Translations under genes and position numbers: made by a program
Source: Corynebacterium glutamicum ATCC 13032
GTDB taxonomy: Bacteria; Actinomycetota; Actinomycetes; Mycobacteriales; Mycobacteriaceae
DNA length: 32,000 bases
Assembly: GCF_000011325.1 (NCBI RefSeq)
Contig: NC_003450.3
Location: forward strand, 900,001-932,000
Direction: 5' to 3'
The notes under the pieces: model-generated
What the model was told of the DNA's origin: nothing
What the model saw: the letters and a program-made list of their open reading frames with translations, nothing else
Databases searched by the model: none
Shown here: positions 9,518-17,927 of the stretch, one piece after another
Position numbering within the stretch: position 1 is the stretch's first letter
Layout of the letters: every line of letters starts with the position of its first letter

Positions 9518-10696
9518 CTACTTGGCGTCCTCCTTAACCCAACGCTTGTGGTGGCGTGCCCGGTGTTGGGCGACTGTTTGCGCCCATCTCGCATTTTTGG
9601 GATTGAGCGGCCCGTTGGGTTCTGACACTGCCCATGTTCCGTCTCCCATGAGCCAGACGATGATGCCGGAGAAGGGATCGAGAAGGTAGGTGACTCGGCC
9701 GTCGGTTTTCATGTTGTGGTGGTGTTGACAGAGGCAGCCGATTCCGCCTAGGCAAGTTTCTCCGCCTTCTTCGTAGGGGATGCGGTGGTCGGCTTGGGTT
9801 TTGAGCGCTGGGACTGAACAGCCAGGGAATCGGCAGGTGCCATCACGACCAATGAGTGCGTCACGCAACGCTGGTGGAGGATCGTGTTTGTCGGTGCTGA
9901 TTTTGGCAGCCGCATCCATGTCTTGTTCTTTGTTGGCTTTCTCTGACCAGAATGTTCCAGTCTTGGCATCCAACCAGCCGATTCCGCTGGCCCACACTGG
10001 GGCGTTGGCGAGGTCTTTGGCGGTGTACAAGTTGAGGACTACCTTGACTTGGATATTGTTCCGAAGGATGTCGCTGAAAGCTTCGCCGTAGGTGAGGTCG
10101 TTTTTCTTCGCGTGTTGGGTGACGGCGTCGTTGATGATGTGCCCGTCCACAGCATCGACGGAGGCTCCGATTTCGGCGGTTCCGTCTGGGGAGAAGGTCA
10201 CTCCGAAAGAGCTGTCGTCTTGGGTACCGCGCGAACCGGTGGCTCTTGCGTCGTCAAGCAAATCTCTTATTTCTTTTATCTTGCGTCCTATGGACGCCGG
10301 GCTTGGCAGAATCTGGTTGGGGCTGGTGGCGGTGAGGTATTCGGTGAGGATTGCGTCGGCGCCGGCGAGGTTGTCGGGGTTGATGCCGGCGAGTTCGTTG
10401 CTAATGGTGATCAGTCGGGAGAGGTCGAGGTGGTACAGCTTTTGTTGCAGGGCTTTGAGTTCGGGCAAGTCGGCGAGCGTGGCAAACGCGATGGATATGC
10501 GGGAGACCTGCGCTTTTGTTAGACCTGTGACGATGGCGAGGCTGGAGATTGCGGTGGAATGGTCATCGTCGTCGCCTGGCAGGTGTTCTTGCCAGAAGCG
10601 GTGTTCCAGTTCTCTGAGTTTGGTTTTTTGTCGTGCGGGCGGACTGTCTGGGTTGTTGACTGCGAAGAAGTTGGTAAACAAGGAAGGCACCTCCAT
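9518..10696 (-). CDS. DUF222-type HNH endonuclease domain protein (392 aa)
   Basis: The C-terminal block [48 protein letters not shown] matches the actinobacterial DUF222/HNH (REP13E12-like) pattern. The N-terminal two thirds are helical with no recognisable catalytic motif. Confidence 0.85.
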   Translation of the reverse strand: MEVPSLFTNFFAVNNPDSPPARQKTKLRELEHRFWQEHLPGDDDDHSTAISSLAIVTGLTKAQVSRISIAFATLADLPELKALQQKLYHLDLSRLITISNELAGINPDNLAGADAILTEYLTATSPNQILPSPASIGRKIKEIRDLLDDARATGSRGTQDDSSFGVTFSPDGTAEIGASVDAVDGHIINDAVTQHAKKNDLTYGEAFSDILRNNIQVKVVLNLYTAKDLANAPVWASGIGWLDAKTGTFWSEKANKEQDMDAAAKISTDKHDPPPALRDALIGRDGTCRFPGCSVPALKTQADHRIPYEEGGETCLGGIGCLCQHHHNMKTDGRVTYLLDPFSGIIVWLMGDGTWAVSEPNGPLNPKNARWAQTVAQHRARHHKRWVKEDAK

Positions 10697-10756
10697 TCGG
10701 GATTCTGCCCTGTAACCTATCCACTATTTTCTTCGTCGGAAACCAGCTCGCTAAAA

Positions 10757-10770
10757 ACCTGTGGATAACT
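10757..10770. repeat. 14-bp direct repeat copy 1, ACCTGTGGATAACT (contains the reverse complement of TTATCCACA)
   Basis: An exact 14-mer recurs at 10839-10852. TGTGGATAA is the reverse complement of the E. coli high-affinity DnaA box TTATCCACA. Confidence 0.8.
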
Positions 10771-10785
10771 CTGCCCATCAACGGC

Positions 10786-10822
10786 TAAAACCCTGACCAA
10801 AACTAAAAGCCCTGGTCAGGGT
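10786..10822 (-). terminator. Probable intrinsic terminator of the chorismate mutase gene
   Basis: Perfect 10-bp inverted repeat ACCCTGACCA (10790-10799) / TGGTCAGGGT (10813-10822) with a 13-nt loop. On the minus strand a short TTTT run follows it, about 30 nt downstream of the csm stop. Confidence 0.5.
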
Positions 10823-10838
10823 ATATAAATATTTTTCT

Positions 10839-10852
10839 ACCTGTGGATAACT
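10839..10852. repeat. 14-bp direct repeat copy 2, ACCTGTGGATAACT
   Basis: Identical to 10757-10770. It abuts the csm stop codon, and the local sequence GGATAACTTATCC (10845-10857) is itself a 6-1-6 palindrome. Confidence 0.8.
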
Positions 10853-11157
10853 TATCCGAGTTTTCCGCGTCCCATGCGCAGCAAAATTCCAGCGAGGGCA
10901 GGGCCTTCCTCGCCGATCTCTTCACGGAATTGGTTGATGATTGCTACTTCTCGGGTGTGCACGAGACGTGTTCCGCCCGAGCTCATGCGTGTTTTTCCGA
11001 TGGTTTGGGAAATCTTCGTGCGGCGTTTCACCGCATCGAGGATTTCGCGGTCCAAGCGGTTGATCTCCTCGCGATACTTTTGGATCTCCGCATCGGACAA
11101 TGGGTCATCCGTGCCAGAAGGCATCCTGATCTCGAAGTTGTCACCTGCATTAGTCAT
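10852..11157 (-). CDS. csm: AroQ-class chorismate mutase (101 aa from ATG 11157; a GTG at 11163 is an alternative start)
   Basis: Small all-helical protein with the AroQ pattern (…EIQKYREEINRLDREILDAVKRRTKISQTIGKTR…TRLVHTREVAIINQF…). It sits between pgi and pcrA as in other actinobacteria. Confidence 0.85.
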   Translation of the reverse strand: MTNAGDNFEIRMPSGTDDPLSDAEIQKYREEINRLDREILDAVKRRTKISQTIGKTRMSSGGTRLVHTREVAIINQFREEIGEEGPALAGILLRMGRGKLG

Positions 11158-11225
11158 GCACACTATTCTGCCACGTCTGGCTGTCGACTATGCGTGTCCA
11201 CCCCACCTAGTAGGTTATTGGGGTA

Positions 11226-13517
11226 ATGAATACTTCTCCTTTTACCCCAGGTTCCCCCGATCTCATCGATGGCTTGAATGAGCAACAGCGTGCTGCTGTG
11301 GAGCATATCGGTTCTCCGCTGCTGATTGTCGCTGGTGCTGGTTCAGGCAAGACTGCTGTGTTGACCAGGCGTATTGCTTATTTAATGCGTTACCGTGGTG
11401 TGCATCCGCAGCAAATTTTGGCCATTACCTTTACCAATAAGGCTGCCGCTGAGATGCGTGAGCGTGTCAGTCAGCTGGTGGGCCCGGTTGCGGAGCGCAT
11501 GTGGGTGGCTACGTTCCACTCGGTGTGTGTGCGTATTTTGCGTCAGCAGGCGCAGTTGGTGGAGGGGCTGAACACTAACTTCACTATTTATGATTCGGAT
11601 GATTCGAGGCGTTTGCTCACGATGATCGCCAAGGATCTGGAGTTGGATATTAAGAAGTTCTCGGCGCGTACGTTGCTGGGTGCTATTTCTAATTTGAAAA
11701 ATGAGTTGGTTACTCCGCAGGAGGCTCTTGCGGATGCTGAACGCACGCACAATCCTTATGAAACAGTCGTGGCCAGGGCGTTTTCGGAGTATCAGAGCAG
11801 GCTTCGCCGTGCCAACGCTGTGGATTTTGATGATTTGATTGGGGAGACTGTTCGGATTTTCCGGGAGCATCCACCTGTTGCGGAGTATTACCGCAGACGT
11901 TTCCGCCACGTGCTGATCGATGAGTATCAGGACACCAACCACGCTCAGTATGAGCTGATTTCTACGCTCGTCGGCAAGCCTGACCAGGATCCGTCTGAGC
12001 TGTGTGTTGTGGGTGATTCGGATCAGTCTATTTATGCTTTCCGTGGCGCCACGATCCGCAACATTGAAGAGTTTGAGCGCGATTTCTCCAACGCCCGCAC
12101 CATTTTGCTGGAGCAGAATTACCGTTCCACCCAGACGATTCTTTCTGCTGCCAACGCGGTGATTTCTCAAAATGAGAACCGTCGACCTAAAAACCTGTGG
12201 ACTGCGCTGGGGGAGGGCGAGCAGATCATTGGTTATGTTGCCGACAATGAGCACGATGAAGCCCGTTTTATTGCTAGTGAGATCGACAATTTAGTTGACC
12301 ACGGCATGAGCTATTCCGACATCGCGATCATGTACCGCACGAACAATTCCTCGCGCGCACTAGAGGATGTCTTCATGCGCACCGGCGTCCCCTACAAAGT
12401 AGTCGGCGGCACGAAGTTCTACGAACGCAAAGAAATCCGTGACATCATCGCTTACCTGCGCGTTTTAGAAAACCCCGATGACACCGTCAACCTCCGTCGC
12501 ATCATCAACACCCCCAAGCGCGGCATCGGCGATCGCGCGCAGGCGTTCATCGCGCTGCACAGCGAGAACAATCAGATCAGCTTCGGGCAAGCGCTTCTCG
12601 ACGCCGCCCTCGGCAAGGTCGACCTGCTTGGAGCGCGCGGCAAGAATGCGGTGATTAAGTTCAATGAGCTTTTCGACGCCCTCCGCTCCGAACTCCCCAC
12701 CATGGTCAATGAGGTCACCGGCCTGCCAGACATCGGCCAAGTCATCAGTCGCATCCTCGACATCACTGGCTACAAGGCAGAACTTGAGGCATCCAACGAC
12801 CCTCAAGATGGCGCACGCCTAGACAACCTGAACGAGCTTGTCTCCGTGGCCCGCGAGTTCTCCTCCGACGCCGCAAACCGCATGGTTAATGAAGTTCCAG
12901 AAGGCGAAGCCCAACCGGGCAGCTTACAGGCATTCTTGGAGCGAGTCTCCCTGGTTGCCGACGCCGACCAAATCCCCGATTCCGACAACGGCGTAGTCAC
13001 CCTCATGACCCTGCATACCGCCAAGGGCCTTGAATTCCCCATCGTGTTCCTCACAGGCTGGGAAGACGGACAGTTCCCACACCTGCGTTCCCTTGGTGAT
13101 GCCAAAGAACTTGCCGAGGAACGCCGCCTCGCCTACGTGGGTATCACCCGCGCCCGCAAGCGCCTCTACATGACCAGAGCCATGCTGCGTAGCTCCTGGG
13201 GCAACCCGGTGACCAACCCACCGTCACGTTTCCTCCAAGAAGTGCCCGCAGAACTCATCGATTGGAGGCGCGAAGAACCCCAGATGTCTTCCGCCTGGGC
13301 TCCTCGACCCACCCGAAGCATCCCCACCAAAACTCGCACCAACAATAAGCAGTTGGATCTGTCGGTGGGGGATCGCGTCAATCACGACAAGTACGGCTTG
13401 GGAACCGTGCTCTCTTCAGATGGCAGCGGCCCCCGAGCCACCGTCACCATCGATTTCGGTTCCTCCGGCAAGGTTAGATTGATGCTTCTTGGTGGCGTCC
13501 CGATGGAGAAGCTATAG
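11226..13517 (+). CDS. pcrA: UvrD/PcrA-family SF1 DNA helicase (763 aa; UvrD1 orthologue by position)
   Basis: Motifs AGAGSGKT, DEYQDTN, QNYRST, TLHTAKGLEFP and YVGITRAR are present. The C-terminal Tudor-like tail is DRVNHDKYGLGTV. Confidence 0.9.
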   Translation: MNTSPFTPGSPDLIDGLNEQQRAAVEHIGSPLLIVAGAGSGKTAVLTRRIAYLMRYRGVHPQQILAITFTNKAAAEMRERVSQLVGPVAERMWVATFHSVCVRILRQQAQLVEGLNTNFTIYDSDDSRRLLTMIAKDLELDIKKFSARTLLGAISNLKNELVTPQEALADAERTHNPYETVVARAFSEYQSRLRRANAVDFDDLIGETVRIFREHPPVAEYYRRRFRHVLIDEYQDTNHAQYELISTLVGKPDQDPSELCVVGDSDQSIYAFRGATIRNIEEFERDFSNARTILLEQNYRSTQTILSAANAVISQNENRRPKNLWTALGEGEQIIGYVADNEHDEARFIASEIDNLVDHGMSYSDIAIMYRTNNSSRALEDVFMRTGVPYKVVGGTKFYERKEIRDIIAYLRVLENPDDTVNLRRIINTPKRGIGDRAQAFIALHSENNQISFGQALLDAALGKVDLLGARGKNAVIKFNELFDALRSELPTMVNEVTGLPDIGQVISRILDITGYKAELEASNDPQDGARLDNLNELVSVAREFSSDAANRMVNEVPEGEAQPGSLQAFLERVSLVADADQIPDSDNGVVTLMTLHTAKGLEFPIVFLTGWEDGQFPHLRSLGDAKELAEERRLAYVGITRARKRLYMTRAMLRSSWGNPVTNPPSRFLQEVPAELIDWRREEPQMSSAWAPRPTRSIPTKTRTNNKQLDLSVGDRVNHDKYGLGTVLSSDGSGPRATVTIDFGSSGKVRLMLLGGVPMEKL

Positions 13518-15699
13518 CCCCAATCACGGCGCACACCAGCGGCGCCACAACGAGGAGGCTTACCAACAGAGGCCACGGCAGCATCATGTGTTCAAGCGTG
13601 CCGTAGTTCAAAATTGCTCCATCAACAATTTCATCAGTGGTGCCTGTCAGCAGCGCTGCAATCCATCCGGAGACAAGGCCCATGATGCCTCCGACAAGGG
13701 CAAGCAACGCTGCATTTAAGGCATTGACTTTGTAGATTGTTCCAGGTGTTGCTCCGATGGCAATCAATGCGTGCTGTTGGAGTTTGCGATTAGCCAGCAC
13801 GATCACAAGGGAAACGACCACAATTGCCACCGCAGTTAGTGCAGCACTGGAAGCAAGTGAAGAATTATGGCCGTCGTGGCTGAAATGCGCATCTCTTGAC
13901 CGATTGATTGCTTGTACAGTTTGGTCATCTAGTTCTTGGGGAAGCACGATTGTTCCCAAGAATTCTGTTTGTCCTCCGATTTCTTCAAAAGTTTCTGGGC
14001 TTAATAAAACATGTGAGTACAGCGGCGGTAAAACAGCAGCGGTGTCTAGCATGTAGGTTTCATCGCCGGGGTATATTGCGTATTCTTGCAGCCCGGAATT
14101 ATAGGTTGATGGCGCGTAGATGTCGGCTTGTTCGTGGACACCGAACATGTCTAAAATCTTGGGCGTGGCAATAACTGGTCCGCCAAAAAATGAGGTCAGT
14201 GCGGGCACATAGTTGGCCGAGTAAAAATCTACATCTAGTTCATAGATACCAAAGCCATGGTTATCACCGTATACATCGATTTTTTGCCCCATGAGTCCAG
14301 GGATTTGTGTGTCACCGCGTAAGAATACGGCCTCAGGATACACCGAGGCGGTAGCTTCTCTATCGCTGGCTTGGGTTGCAAGTCCAGTTGTTTGCATAAA
14401 TGTACCAAGCATAATCACTGCCGCCAGCGCACCAATCGCAGGAATGGAGTGCATTGATCGGCGCAGCATATCGCGCGTAGCTAGTTTGAATGTCAAACCA
14501 GGCAGGCGCCCAAGCGCCCACAACACCGCAGGCACTGAGGCCGGCAGGGCGATGACGGCTGCCAGGAAGCATAATTGCTTGACGACGCCTCCCCACTCTC
14601 CGTCACCGATAAACAAGGCGATTACCGCAGCTGCAATTAAGACGATTGGCCCGATGAGCATTCGAGGGCTCCACCGGATGATTTTGTCGGAGATTCCTCC
14701 GTAGATTCCGTTGATGATGCTTGATCTACTGACAAAAACTGCCGGTAAGAATGCAGCAATCGTTGAAGCGATGATTGCCAGCGCCCAAAAACCTACAAGA
14801 ACTAGCCAGGGGGTGGTGAGGGAGAATTCAGGATAGGTGTATTTCCACCAGCCGTAGATGCCTATTTGCCCCAGAACTAAACCAATGGATGCCCCAACAA
14901 GACCTGCGAAGAGCCCATATGTAAGCACTGCCCACCGAATGTGTCTAGGTGTGGCACCCTGTGAGGCGAGCAGTGCGAAAGTTCTGGTTTGCCTTGAGGC
15001 GGAAATTGTAAATACTGGTGAGATCAGCATGAGTGCAACGACGGCGAGAATTGTCGTCGATAAAAATCCCATGATGTAGCTTGGGATCAAATTTGGGTCG
15101 ACGGATATGGGGCCGCGCCGATATTCATTAACTTCAAAGCCAACTGCTTCTAGTGCTTGTCGGTTTTCTTCGGTGAAATTCGATCCGGGGAAGTACCAGG
15201 TGCCGGAAAAAGTTTCTGATTCGGAGAAATTCTCAAGAGAAAACAGAGTACCTTCGGGCAATAAGATATTTGTGGGAGAAATCGACTGAACTTCCACCGG
15301 GGTGCCGTGAATGGTCACGGTATCACCGATTGTGGCACCTAAAACATCGAGTGCATCGGCGGGAAATGAGGCTTGTTGTACGTTTGTTGATTGCACAACA
15401 AAGAAATTGACTTCCTCATCACCGAAGGAGACTTCTGGATAACCATTGGCAAAGAGTTCCAGGTGGAAGTCTTCTGGAAGGTTTTCTTGGAGGAGTTGGT
15501 AGGCTCCTTCTCCGTCATAGTGAGCTTGTACCTGGGAACCAGGATAGCTAGCTGCATTGTTGATTGATTGATCATAGGTAAGAAAGAAACTCACCAGGAA
15601 CATCGGTACGGCCACCAACAAGATGGCTGCCAGCGATCGCCATGGGTGTTTAAAGGCATCGCGCAGGGTGGGGCGGGTTGCTGCTAGAAGTGTGGTCAC
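13474..15699 (-). CDS. ABC transporter permease, FtsX/MacB-type with two FtsX-like halves (741 aa)
   Basis: Large polytopic protein with two extracytoplasmic regions flanked by TM clusters. GTG start in a GTGA overlap with the upstream ATPase stop. The 3' end overlaps convergent pcrA by 44 bp. Confidence 0.85.
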   Translation of the reverse strand: MTTLLAATRPTLRDAFKHPWRSLAAILLVAVPMFLVSFFLTYDQSINNAASYPGSQVQAHYDGEGAYQLLQENLPEDFHLELFANGYPEVSFGDEEVNFFVVQSTNVQQASFPADALDVLGATIGDTVTIHGTPVEVQSISPTNILLPEGTLFSLENFSESETFSGTWYFPGSNFTEENRQALEAVGFEVNEYRRGPISVDPNLIPSYIMGFLSTTILAVVALMLISPVFTISASRQTRTFALLASQGATPRHIRWAVLTYGLFAGLVGASIGLVLGQIGIYGWWKYTYPEFSLTTPWLVLVGFWALAIIASTIAAFLPAVFVSRSSIINGIYGGISDKIIRWSPRMLIGPIVLIAAAVIALFIGDGEWGGVVKQLCFLAAVIALPASVPAVLWALGRLPGLTFKLATRDMLRRSMHSIPAIGALAAVIMLGTFMQTTGLATQASDREATASVYPEAVFLRGDTQIPGLMGQKIDVYGDNHGFGIYELDVDFYSANYVPALTSFFGGPVIATPKILDMFGVHEQADIYAPSTYNSGLQEYAIYPGDETYMLDTAAVLPPLYSHVLLSPETFEEIGGQTEFLGTIVLPQELDDQTVQAINRSRDAHFSHDGHNSSLASSAALTAVAIVVVSLVIVLANRKLQQHALIAIGATPGTIYKVNALNAALLALVGGIMGLVSGWIAALLTGTTDEIVDGAILNYGTLEHMMLPWPLLVSLLVVAPLVCAVIGAIASPSGRHQEASI

Positions 15700-16364
15700 T
15701 GGATTTCACCATCCCTAAGCATGATTGTTCGGTCTGCCCACGCGGCGAAGCGGGGTTCGTGGGTGACAAGGAGGCCTGCGGCACCGGAATCGATTCTTTG
15801 GCGGAGGACGCGGAGGACTGCGTCGCCGGTGGAGGTGTCGAGGGCGCCGGTGGGTTCGTCGGCAAGCAAGATTTTTCGGGGGCCGATGAGGGCTCTCGCG
15901 ATGGCGACGCGCTGGGCTTGGCCGCCGGAGATCTCTTCGGGGAAGCGGTCGTCGAAGCCTTCGAGGCCGACTTCCGCGAGTGCGATTGCTACTGCCTGGC
16001 GGTCGGTTTTGCCGTCGAGTTCTAGGGGCAGACCGACGTTTTCTCCGACGGTGAGGGTGGGGACCAGGTTGTAGTTTTGGAAAATAACTCCGATGTGGCG
16101 ACGCCTGGTTTCAGCTGCGCGTTTGGCGTTGAGGTCTGAGGCGCTGGCACCGTCGATAAGCACATGGCCAGAGGTTGCGCGCTGCAGGAGGCCGGCGACG
16201 TTGAGCAAGGTGGATTTTCCTGAGCCGGACGGGCCCATGATGGCAACGAGTTCGCCGGGATTGACTGCCAGCGAGACGTTGTTGAGCGCGGAGACGTGGC
16301 GTGGGCCTTCTCCGAAGGCGCAGGAGATGTTTTGAAGTTCAAGGGGGAAAGGCGTGTTTGTCAT
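15696..16364 (-). CDS. ABC transporter ATP-binding protein (MacB/LolD-like, 222 aa)
   Basis: Walker A GPSGSGKST, signature ISGGQAQRVAIARAL and Walker B LLADEPTGALD are present. The ATG immediately follows the padR TAA. Confidence 0.9.
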   Translation of the reverse strand: MTNTPFPLELQNISCAFGEGPRHVSALNNVSLAVNPGELVAIMGPSGSGKSTLLNVAGLLQRATSGHVLIDGASASDLNAKRAAETRRRHIGVIFQNYNLVPTLTVGENVGLPLELDGKTDRQAVAIALAEVGLEGFDDRFPEEISGGQAQRVAIARALIGPRKILLADEPTGALDTSTGDAVLRVLRQRIDSGAAGLLVTHEPRFAAWADRTIMLRDGEIQ

Positions 16365-16874
16365 TTACTGCTCCAATGCTTCAATTCGGTCGAGCCAACG
16401 TGCCTGGGCTTCTAGTTCAAAGATTCGCTTTTCGACGAGGAGCCGCTGGGTGTTTCTGGTTTCGGCGAGATCGCGGCTGGATTTGTTGAGTGCGCGTAGT
16501 TCCGCCATGACTGTGTTGCGTTGAATGTCTAAAAGTGGAATCAAATTGAGGCCACGTGATTCTGCGATGGCGATTTTGGTGACTAATTCATCGCGTTCGG
16601 ACAGTGTGACGGTGACGGGACTTTCGAACCACTGCGCGACAAGTTCGCGACCTAAGTCCGTGGGCTGGAAAGTATCTACGGTGCGGCCGTTGGAACTGAC
16701 GGTGGTGCCTGCGGTTTCCGCCAGGCCGTCGCGCTGTAGCCGCTGGATGGTTTGGGTGACTTGGCCGATATTGAGCTGCCAGATCCCCATTGTTTCTTCA
16801 AACTTGGTTTGCAGCTGACTTGCCGAGGTTGGTTCGTCGAGCATGAGCACCAAGAGTGCATGTTTTATGGACAT
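16365..16874 (-). CDS. PadR-family transcriptional regulator (169 aa)
   Basis: N-terminal winged-helix pattern IKHALLVLMLDEPTSASQLQ…GQVTQTIQRLQRDGLAE with a C-terminal coiled-coil extension. It is the first gene of a three-gene unit with the ABC ATPase and permease. Confidence 0.8.
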   Translation of the reverse strand: MSIKHALLVLMLDEPTSASQLQTKFEETMGIWQLNIGQVTQTIQRLQRDGLAETAGTTVSSNGRTVDTFQPTDLGRELVAQWFESPVTVTLSERDELVTKIAIAESRGLNLIPLLDIQRNTVMAELRALNKSSRDLAETRNTQRLLVEKRIFELEAQARWLDRIEALEQ

Positions 16875-16895
16875 TGTTCCCCAATCAAGAGTTGG

Positions 16896-16918
16896 ATACC
16901 CAGTAACTTACTGGGTAT
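16896..16918. promoter_or_regulatory. Perfect 23-bp palindrome (11-1-11), candidate PadR operator
   Basis: ATACCCAGTAA-C-TTACTGGGTAT has arms that are exact reverse complements. It ends 22 bp upstream of the padR ATG, just before the GGGGAA ribosome-binding site. Confidence 0.5.
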
Positions 16919-16966
16919 GTTTTGGGAACGCAAGAGGACGACCGTAAAGGGTCGCCCAAAAGTTAA

Positions 16967-17680
16967 TTAAAGAGTAATGCCGCGCTCTGCAAGCCAAGGA
17001 GCTGGATCAACAGCGCCACCGCCTGCAGGGTAAACCTCGAAGTGGAGGTGGGAGCCGGTGGAGAATCCTCGGCTACCCATGCCTGCGATGCGCTCGCCAG
17101 CCTTAACAGTCTGACCAACGGTCACCTCAACGGTTTCCATGTGGCCGTACACGGTGATGGTGCCATCTTCGTGCTGGAGGCGAACCCAGTTACCGAAACC
17201 GGAAGCAGGACCTGCATCGATAACAGTGCCGTCCATGGCAGCGAGGATTGGAGTGCCGATTGCGTTAGCGATATCCACACCGTTGTGGTTGGTGCCCCAA
17301 CGAGCACCGAAGCCGGAGGTGTAAGAACCTTCAGCAGGGCGAACCACTGAAGGGCCACGAGCGTCCAGGTCAGCCTGAATGCGGTCAGCGTTGTACTGAA
17401 TGGTCTTAACGATCTGATCGCCCAAGTTCACAACTGGCTTGAACTCAGCGATGGACAGGATCTGAGGGGCGGAGCTTCCAGCCACGAGGTCAGTTGTGTC
17501 GTTTGCAGTAAGCTCGAAGTTGACCTCAACGGGCTGATTGGAAGCCTGTGCAGCAACTGCTCCGCCTGCGCCTGCAGTTGACACGGCACCGGTAGCTACT
17601 GCAACAAAAGCGACACCACCCTTAGTTACTGGGGAGGTAGTCTGCTTGCGGTGCTTGCCACCTCGAGTGTGCTTCTGCAA
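16967..17680 (-). CDS. mepB: Secreted M23 (LytM-type) metallopeptidase (237 aa; TTG start, start uncertain)
   Basis: LytM motifs HNGVDIA (HxxxD) and GSHLHFEV (HxH) are present. The N-terminus is basic then hydrophobic, ending AVAAQA, like a signal peptide. The position matches the C. glutamicum gene I recall as mepB (MtrA regulon). Confidence 0.8.
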   Translation of the reverse strand: MQKHTRGGKHRKQTTSPVTKGGVAFVAVATGAVSTAGAGGAVAAQASNQPVEVNFELTANDTTDLVAGSSAPQILSIAEFKPVVNLGDQIVKTIQYNADRIQADLDARGPSVVRPAEGSYTSGFGARWGTNHNGVDIANAIGTPILAAMDGTVIDAGPASGFGNWVRLQHEDGTITVYGHMETVEVTVGQTVKAGERIAGMGSRGFSTGSHLHFEVYPAGGGAVDPAPWLAERGITL

Positions 17681-17822
17681 TTTCGCCTGCTTCCGATTCT
17701 TGCCACAAAACTTTTCGAAGCTTATATCACGCTATCGAAGTTTAATTGAGACCATCTTGTTATCTACCGGAAGTAACACTAGCCGGAGATTCCCGATCGG
17801 GCAAGTGAAAAGCCAAAGTTTG

Positions 17823-17854
17823 ATTACTTTTTAGCAAATTGTGCAAAAAGTAAT
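17823..17854. promoter_or_regulatory. 10-bp perfect inverted repeat in the mepB / perM-like divergent intergenic region
   Basis: ATTACTTTTT (17823-17832) and AAAAAGTAAT (17845-17854) are separated by 12 nt. The repeat is part of a cluster of AGTAAYACT-like motifs. Confidence 0.5.
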
Positions 17855-17927
17855 ACTTTTCTCACAGTGTTACTCTCCGACGTGCCATCGCCAAAACTAT
17901 CCGTATTAGTGGCACAGTTGTTTATTG

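Noticed and set aside
9379-9594. A 72-codon N-terminal extension of pgi in the ORF track (612 aa) that overlaps the HNH gene's 3' end.
   Set aside because: The extension ([13 protein letters not shown]…) is not PGI-like. The internal ATG at 9378 has an AAGGAG ribosome-binding site and gives the canonical 540-aa PGI N-terminus. The overlap with the HNH gene is an artefact of the open frame.
11382-12254. A 290-aa ORF antisense to pcrA.
   Set aside because: It is a shadow ORF opposite a well-supported helicase gene. It has low-complexity Arg/Leu/Ile-rich composition and no motifs.
17681-17924. A possible c-di-AMP (ydaO-type) riboswitch in the long mepB leader, since such riboswitches precede cell-wall hydrolase genes in actinobacteria.
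   Set aside because: I could not find the conserved core elements I remember for that class (GGGGACCCA, GGGUGAAUC, ACAGCUAACC…) on the minus strand. Only generic inverted repeats are present.
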